From: a bacterium
Lineage (GTDB): Bacteria > Zhuqueibacterota > Zhuqueibacteria > Oceanimicrobiales > Oceanimicrobiaceae
Assembly: GCA_037446635.1 (NCBI GenBank)
Contig: JBBIIG010000063.1
Span: 354 to 21,862 of the forward strand
DNA length: 21,509 nucleotides
Reading direction: 5' to 3'
This document shows positions 15,916-21,509 of the stretch, in pieces. Both the position numbers and the translations under genes were made by a program. The notes under the pieces were generated by a model, which was not told the origin of the DNA, searched no databases, and worked only from the letters and a program-made list of their open reading frames with translations. Position 1 is the stretch's first letter, and the number at the start of each line of letters is the position of its first letter.

Positions 15916-16287
15916 TTACGTTGGCCACGGCCAATTGAACGCCGATTTCAACTGCAGCATCAAATAAAGAAAAATTGCGATACTCGTTAGGCCCACAATC
16001 GACTCCTTTGGATCTATGGCCTCTCTTTCCACGGCAAGTAAATCGTCCCGCGCCACCGCTCTTTTCGTTCCTTCAAAAAAAGGAGTTTTGCCAGTTACGA
16101 AAATTAATGAATCGGGCGTGAATTTGTAATTTGCGCTTTCGTAGTGTGACCCATCGCGCAGCGTTATGCGGATGGTACGCTGCCTTTCTTCCAGATCGGG
16201 CAGCTCGGATTTGTGCACTAGCCGCCAACTGGTGCAGCTTGCTAAATTCAAACACCATAACCAAATCATCGCGCTTCGTGTTTTCAT
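15916..16287 (-). CDS. Hypothetical probable lipoprotein with C-terminal hydrophobic helix
   Basis: MKTRSAMIWLWCLNLAS-C; small beta domain 'IRITLRDGSHYE...TPDSLIF'; C-terminal 'SIVGLTSIAIFLYLML'. Confidence 0.7.
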   Translation of the reverse strand: MKTRSAMIWLWCLNLASCTSWRLVHKSELPDLEERQRTIRITLRDGSHYESANYKFTPDSLIFVTGKTPFFEGTKRAVARDDLLAVEREAIDPKESIVGLTSIAIFLYLMLQLKSAFNWPWPT

Positions 16288-16292
16288 TTTCT

Positions 16293-17168
16293 TCACCATT
16301 TCATCGGCGCATATTTAATTCGCAGCGGTCTTTTGAGCTGTTCTTCAAGTGCAGTTAAATCCGGACGGCCCGGCGGCAAGCCTTTTTCGGTACGGCCGTC
16401 GGGCTGCACGGTAACGGTGGCCATAACTTCAAACGGACCTTTGCGCACCTGGGCGCGGGCTACTTGCAGGCCGTCGTCCGAAATGGCGATTCGGGAACTC
16501 ATCACCTGTCCTTCACCAATAACTTTAAACAGCAGTCCGAGAACCCCGGAGGTGGGGCGGCCGCTCAGTCCGCGGATGTCATCGTAAACGATCATGCCGC
16601 CAAAGTCCAGCAGGCGGTACGTAATCTCCCGGGCGTTGGTGACTTTGAGGCGCGGCGTGGAAAGGGTGTCGTCGAAAGAGTAGTGCGACGGCGCGCCGTC
16701 AGCGGCTGGCCAAAACACTTTCACATTTACCGCCATCTCGGGCGCCGGGCCGGAATCTATTTTCTGAATCACTCTCTCTTTGCGATATTCCACCAACTGA
16801 TCCTGCTTGTGGAAAAGCGCCAGCCGGGAATAGTGCGGCGCGGTTTCCTGGGTTAATCCGAATGTTTCCAAAAACGCCTGAAACCAATGGTCGTGGCGAA
16901 TCAACAGCGGCGGGCCATCGGGTCGGCGCTGACGAGCCTGCCACGCCAGTTGTAAGATCACCCCGGCCTGAAAGCGCGCCACGTTGGTGGTGGCGGTGGG
17001 ATCGTAGCCGGTTTGCGTTCGCATGGCCGCGATGATTTCCTCACTGCTTACCCGCTGCCAGGAGGTATCTTTTGCTAGATCGTTCGCGGGAAAAGCCTGA
17101 ACGCTTTGGGGAAGCAGCGTCCCGGTTGTAAAAGCAAAAACGAACAGAGTTGAAAGGATCAGTTTCAT
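16293..17168 (-). CDS. Exported hypothetical protein
   Basis: 291-aa ORF with signal peptide (MKLILSTLFVFAFTTG...VQA), GAGG upstream and genome-typical codon use; no family recognised. Confidence 0.75.
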   Translation of the reverse strand: MKLILSTLFVFAFTTGTLLPQSVQAFPANDLAKDTSWQRVSSEEIIAAMRTQTGYDPTATTNVARFQAGVILQLAWQARQRRPDGPPLLIRHDHWFQAFLETFGLTQETAPHYSRLALFHKQDQLVEYRKERVIQKIDSGPAPEMAVNVKVFWPAADGAPSHYSFDDTLSTPRLKVTNAREITYRLLDFGGMIVYDDIRGLSGRPTSGVLGLLFKVIGEGQVMSSRIAISDDGLQVARAQVRKGPFEVMATVTVQPDGRTEKGLPPGRPDLTALEEQLKRPLRIKYAPMKW

Positions 17169-17237
17169 GGTCTGAACTTTTAAACCTCATTATCTTAAGA
17201 ATTTGCTCGACTTCAAAATATGTGAATTTTCGGGAGA

Positions 17238-17450
17238 CTATCTCCCGAAGTTCACCGAAAACGCCACGTACGGAATAAATGGGAAGTCCACACCCTCTTC
17301 AAAAAATTCCGGTGAGGTGGCGAACGCCAGGTCCACGGCGAGGCGCTCGCCCGTAAAGCGGAAGCCGCCGGAGAGCAACAGAAAACTTTGATCCTCGCCT
17401 TCTCCGCCCACGAACCACCAGTTTTCGGTGAGGAGTTGAATTCCCCAAAT
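17238..17450 (-). pseudogene. Probable 3' remnant of an outer-membrane beta-barrel gene
   Basis: 'IQLLTENWWF...LLLSGGFRFTGERLAVDLAF...FPFIPYVAFSVNFGR*' shows alternating amphipathic strands and a terminal YxxFxxxF pattern, but no signal peptide or upstream barrel. Confidence 0.55.
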
Positions 17451-17489
17451 CGGCAACTGGTTAAAATTAGCCATTGCCACTTTTCCTTT

Positions 17490-18005
17490 TCAAAATTCTA
17501 TTTGTTGAAATTCATAGCTGTCCGTTGTTTTGGTAGCCGCTCCCGCGACCAGTCCAACAAGACCTGAAGGCACGCCCAAAACAACTGCGCCGAATGCCGC
17601 GGCATCATCCTTTTCGAGACAGAAGCCGTCTCCTATGGCTTCGCTGCAATCTGATTCTCCTTGCGCCAAGCCCATCGTAATTCCCGCCGCGGCGCCGGTT
17701 AGGAATCCGAACAAAAATCCCTTGCCAGCGTTGCGTTTTGTTATGGAAATTTTTTTTATGCTGGAAGTCGCGACCGTTCTTTGCACGCCCGTGTCAGCAT
17801 CCAACCAACTCGTTGAGTCTTCGGTGACGTAAATCCCTTTTCCTTTGAAAATTTCATGATTGACCAGCTCGATTTGGGCCTCTTTCTTTTTGGCGGCCTG
17901 ATTGGTGTTTTGATAAAATCGGCCTGGCGATGACTCCGTCAGTCGATAGGTGTGCGAGCAGGCCGTTAAAAAGACCGCCAATGTCAACAGGGCTATATTT
18001 CTCAT
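17490..18005 (-). CDS. Hypothetical lipoprotein with C-terminal Gly-rich hydrophobic hairpin
   Basis: MRNIALLTLAVFLTA-C lipobox; 'GKGFLFGFLTGAAAGITMG' and 'AAAFGAVVLGVPSGLVGLVAGA' separated by a loop with two Cys. Confidence 0.8.
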   Translation of the reverse strand: MRNIALLTLAVFLTACSHTYRLTESSPGRFYQNTNQAAKKKEAQIELVNHEIFKGKGIYVTEDSTSWLDADTGVQRTVATSSIKKISITKRNAGKGFLFGFLTGAAAGITMGLAQGESDCSEAIGDGFCLEKDDAAAFGAVVLGVPSGLVGLVAGAATKTTDSYEFQQIEF

Positions 18006-18153
18006 TTGGCACCGCCGTTTATACATTCCTATTTGACGAATCCGCCAGAGTGCGGGCAAGGCTTGTACCACAATTGCGAAATTAAATTTAGCTATGAATT
18101 ATTTTTGTCACCTCGGGAGGCTGTAAACTCGATGCTCAGCGTGGGTAGTTGCT

Positions 18154-19143
18154 TCACATTAAATGGGATTGGTTATTCTTTGAATGAATGAATAAAGATT
18201 CCGCCGCGAAACAATACACGCCTAACAGCGAGGCCGCGAGAATCCGCACCGCTTGCAGCACCAGGCTGAATCCCACGGCGTCGGCGCGCGGAACCCCGAA
18301 ATAAGAAAGCGCCAGAATGCAGCCCCACTGAAACGGGCCGATATTCGATGGGGTGAGGGGAAGCAGCGAGGCAAGGTTGGTGAACAGCAACACCGACCAG
18401 GCGCCGAGGGAGGGGGACGCGGCGTGAATATTTTGCAGCAGAAAAAACGTCGCCAGCCACAGCGCACACCAGGAACCGAAAGAAGTGAGCAGCACACCCA
18501 GCAAAACGCGCGGGCTTTTGAGAATCGCCAGCCCCTGGGAAAACTTGTACCAGAAACGGAGGAAGCGATTTTCAATGGACAAAAAGTCGCTTGGGTTTGG
18601 CGCGGCTGCGGCCAGTGCGGAGCGGCGGCGCCAGAGAATCCCGGCTGCGGCCGCCGCAAAGATCAAAGCCGCAATTAGCAGATAAATTTGGAACGGTTTC
18701 AAATCGGCGATGACAAAAGTCAGCCCGAAGGCCATGGCCACCAGAAACGCGATGTTGAGAATGCGCTCGTTGATGGAGGTGGCCATCAAAAACGGGATGC
18801 TAATTTCGAACTGTTGGCGCGCCGCCAAAATCCGCACGCCTTCGCCAGCGCGCAGCGGCAGAAGCAAATTGGCGAGGCGGTGCACCACGAACAGCTTCAG
18901 CGAGCCCGTGAACGGAACCGACCGTTTCCAAATCAGCATCACGTGCCAGCGCCAGCTTTGAAATACGATGCTCAGCATCCAGAAACAAACACCGAGGACA
19001 AAATAACGATTGAAGCTGGCCCGCACCACCGACCAGATTTCGTCGAGCGGAATCGAATAGACGGCGAGAACGAAGGCGGCGAGACCCAAGAGCAAACCCG
19101 CGATGCGAGTGATGGATTGCCAGCGTTTCAACATGGTCTGCAT
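18154..19143 (-). CDS. Lysylphosphatidylglycerol synthase TM-domain / UPF0104 flippase-like membrane protein
   Basis: Multi-TM; motifs 'SWRWHVML', 'ANLLLPLRAGEGVR', 'ERIL', 'LPLTPSNIGPFQ'. Start could be 19134. Confidence 0.88.
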   Translation of the reverse strand: MQTMLKRWQSITRIAGLLLGLAAFVLAVYSIPLDEIWSVVRASFNRYFVLGVCFWMLSIVFQSWRWHVMLIWKRSVPFTGSLKLFVVHRLANLLLPLRAGEGVRILAARQQFEISIPFLMATSINERILNIAFLVAMAFGLTFVIADLKPFQIYLLIAALIFAAAAAGILWRRRSALAAAAPNPSDFLSIENRFLRFWYKFSQGLAILKSPRVLLGVLLTSFGSWCALWLATFFLLQNIHAASPSLGAWSVLLFTNLASLLPLTPSNIGPFQWGCILALSYFGVPRADAVGFSLVLQAVRILAASLLGVYCFAAESLFIHSKNNQSHLM

Positions 19144-19376
19144 TTTGAATGATTCAATTTATACAAAACTATTATCAAAATCCAGCACCCCAGCTGTCAC
19201 AACTACGATCCACCCTTCAAGAAAAATTTTGAAAAAGAAGTACCAGCAAACCCAAAAGCCGGCCGCTTTCGTTCTCAAAAAAAAGCTGCCCGGAGGGCTT
19301 ATTCCGCCCAAACTATTTCATTGCGTCTCAAAATCCAGCGCGATATATTTCGGCATTCCCAACTTCGGATTTAAAG

Positions 19377-21509
19377 ATGAAAAACGGCCTGCCCATCATT
19401 TTTGCGGCACTGGGTTTTTTTATCGGCGGCCTGGCGTTTCCCTCCGTCGGCTGGATCACCGGCGCGGCGCTGGGCTTTCTCATCGGCGCCTTCATCGAAA
19501 TGAAACGGCGCGTTGGCGAGCTCGAAAATGAAATTACTTTTCTAAAATCTCTAAAAAAGTACGCTGCCGAAGAAAAGCCTGCGGCGGTGGACATCCCAAC
19601 GGCGCGCGAGCCGGAACCGCCGGCCGCGCCAGCCGTCGCAAAACAACCGATTCCCGAGCCAACTACCGTGCCGGTGATTGAGCCGCCTCCACCTGCAAAA
19701 GCGACACCGCCGTTTCCAGCACCGCCGGCGGTCAAATCGCCAATTCTAACCGCCATCAAACAGTACTTCGCCGGCGGCCCGCCAGCAGGACGGGCAGGCC
19801 CGCCTGCACAGGCAGGCCCGCCTGCGCAGGCAGGCAACCTGATTGTGCGAGTGGGCGCGATTGTGCTGTTTTTCGGCGTTGGATTTTTATTGAAATTTGC
19901 CGTCGATCGCGGACTGATTCCCATCGAGCTGCGGCTGGCCGGCGTGGCGCTAGCGGCGATTTGTGTGGTGGGCATCGGCTGGCGGCTGCGCGAACGCCGC
20001 CCCGCGTACGCGCTGAGTTTGCAGGGCGTCGGCGTCGGCATTTTGTTTATGACGGCCTTCGCGGCGTTTCGCATCTATCATCTGCTGCCGGCGGCGTTGG
20101 CGTTTGTGCTGCTGGTAGCGCTGGCGGTCTTCTCCGCGCTGCTGGCCGTGTTGCAAAATTCGCGGGCGCTGGCGGCGCTGGGAGTGAGCGGCGGATTTCT
20201 TGCGCCCATTCTCGCCTCCACCGGTCAGGGCAGTCATGTTGTGCTCTTCAGTTACTACGCGATTTTGAACGTCGGCATTTTTATCGTCGCCTGGTTCAAA
20301 GCCTGGCGCCTGCTCAACGTCCTCGGCTTTCTTTTTACATTTGTGATTGGTTCCATCTGGGGTTACCAATTTTATCAGCCGCAATATTTCAACTCGACGC
20401 AGCCGTTCCTGATTTTATTTTTTTTGATGTACGTCGCCGTCTCGGTGCTGGCGGCCATTCGTCAGCCGGTAAAACTCAAAGGCTACGTCGGTGGCACGCT
20501 GGTGTTTGGCGTGCCGGTGGCGGCGTTTGCGCTGCAGGCGAATTTGGTGGAAGATTACGAGTACGGGCTGGCCTGGAGCGCGCTGGCGCTGGGCGCATTT
20601 TATTTGGCGCTGACCGGGTGGCTGTTCAAAAAATTCCGCGCAACCCTGAGGCTGCTCTCCGAGGCCTTTCTCGCCACCGGGACGGTGTTCGTAACTTTAG
20701 CCATCCCCTTCGGACTCAACGCCCGCTGGACTTCCGCGCTGTGGGCGCTGGAAGGCGCGGCCATCCTCTGGATCGGTGTGCGGCAGCAGCGGCCGTTGGC
20801 GCGCGGCTTTGGCATGGTGCTGCAATTGGGGGCGGGAATTGCTTTTCTAATTGGATTACAAGATATACCCGAGGCGCCGCCGTTTTTGAACGCCAATTAT
20901 CTCGGCGCGCTGCTTATCAGCGCCGCGGGATTTTTCACGGCGTATTATCTTCATCGCCGCCGCGATCAGTTGAAGTCGTATGAATCCGACGCCAGCGCCC
21001 TCTTTTGTGTGTGGACGACGTTGTGGTGGTTCGGCGGCGGATTGTATGAAATTCAGCAGCACGTTTCTCAGAGTTATCAGCCCGCAGCGGCGTTGGTATT
21101 TATCTCCCTCTCAACGGCCGCCAGCCAATTTTTTATGAAACCGATGAATTGGCCATTTTTAGGAATCATCGCTCGCGGGCAACTGCCGGCGATGTGGCTC
21201 ATGCTTGCGGCGACGGCGCTGCGGGCGCCCCATCCACTGGCGGATTGGGGCGCGGCGGCCTGGCCGTTGGCCGCGGCGGCCCACTATTGGATTCTCCACC
21301 GCCAGGACGAATCAGCCCCACTTTACGCAAGTTACCTGCAATTCCTGCACGCCGGCGCCGTCTGGCTGCTGACAATTTTGATAAGCTGGGAGGTCTCCTA
21401 TCAAGTGAATGAGTGGGTTCAGGGCGCTGGTATTTGGGGATGGATGATGTGGGGGTTGGCGCCGGCCCTCGCCGTGTATGCTCTCGCCACCTCTGGGAGG
21501 CGCATCGCC
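19377..21509 (+). CDS. DUF2339-family polytopic membrane protein (partial, runs off the 3' end)
   Basis: Manual translation from ATG 19377, open to the edge: MKNGLPIIFAALGFF...Pro-rich linker...YFAGG[insert]NLIVRVGAIVLFFGVGFLLKF...IPIELR...LQGVGVGILF...GGFLAPILASTGQGSHVVLFSYY...WTSALWALEGAAILWIGVRQ. Absent from the ORF track because no stop falls in the window. Confidence 0.88.
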   Translation, partial: MKNGLPIIFAALGFFIGGLAFPSVGWITGAALGFLIGAFIEMKRRVGELENEITFLKSLKKYAAEEKPAAVDIPTAREPEPPAAPAVAKQPIPEPTTVPVIEPPPPAKATPPFPAPPAVKSPILTAIKQYFAGGPPAGRAGPPAQAGPPAQAGNLIVRVGAIVLFFGVGFLLKFAVDRGLIPIELRLAGVALAAICVVGIGWRLRERRPAYALSLQGVGVGILFMTAFAAFRIYHLLPAALAFVLLVALAVFSALLAVLQNSRALAALGVSGGFLAPILASTGQGSHVVLFSYYAILNVGIFIVAWFKAWRLLNVLGFLFTFVIGSIWGYQFYQPQYFNSTQPFLILFFLMYVAVSVLAAIRQPVKLKGYVGGTLVFGVPVAAFALQANLVEDYEYGLAWSALALGAFYLALTGWLFKKFRATLRLLSEAFLATGTVFVTLAIPFGLNARWTSALWALEGAAILWIGVRQQRPLARGFGMVLQLGAGIAFLIGLQDIPEAPPFLNANYLGALLISAAGFFTAYYLHRRRDQLKSYESDASALFCVWTTLWWFGGGLYEIQQHVSQSYQPAAALVFISLSTAASQFFMKPMNWPFLGIIARGQLPAMWLMLAATALRAPHPLADWGAAAWPLAAAAHYWILHRQDESAPLYASYLQFLHAGAVWLLTILISWEVSYQVNEWVQGAGIWGWMMWGLAPALAVYALATSGRRIA
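19779..19835 (+). repeat. In-frame tandem of three palindromic units (21+18+18 bp) inside the DUF2339 gene
   Basis: CCGCCAGCAGGACGGGCAGGC-CCGCCTGCACAGGCAGGC-CCGCCTGCGCAGGCAGGC encodes PPAGRAG-PPAQAG-PPAQAG. 19788-19816 matches the reverse complement of intergenic 1627-1655 at 26/29. Confidence 0.85.

Noticed and set aside
19961..20983. 340-aa plus-strand ORF
   Set aside because: It is an alternative frame inside the DUF2339 gene, with Arg/Gly-rich composition and no recognisable motifs.

Overview
Gene-dense chromosomal window from a Gram-negative FCB-group bacterium. The C-terminal 'LAQNFPNPFNPATAIRYGLP...SGLYIYRI' secretion tail points to KSB1, Calditrichota or similar lineages (inference). 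Left to right: a partial Cache-type membrane sensor coupled to an N-terminally shortened family-5 solute-binding protein; threonine aldolase; an osmoprotectant ABC ATPase and SBP-permease fusion; a 1118-aa repeat protein with a T9SS-type tail; a trypsin-like protein lacking the catalytic His and Ser; a histidine phosphatase; an M20 amidohydrolase; a four-gene redox cluster (CX4CH cytochrome fused to a beta-barrel, CX4CH lipoprotein cytochrome, diheme cytochrome c, QcrA-like Rieske protein with no adjacent cytochrome b); an AT-richer overlapping two-gene module resembling a toxin/antitoxin pair; small exported proteins and a beta-barrel remnant; a flippase-like protein; and a partial DUF2339 membrane protein. 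At least four families of short palindromic repeats occur, and two appear to be inserted in frame inside genes. No rRNA, tRNA, CRISPR array or transposase was seen. Best candidates for something new: the cytochrome-barrel/Rieske cluster, the in-frame mini-palindromes and the TA-like pair.
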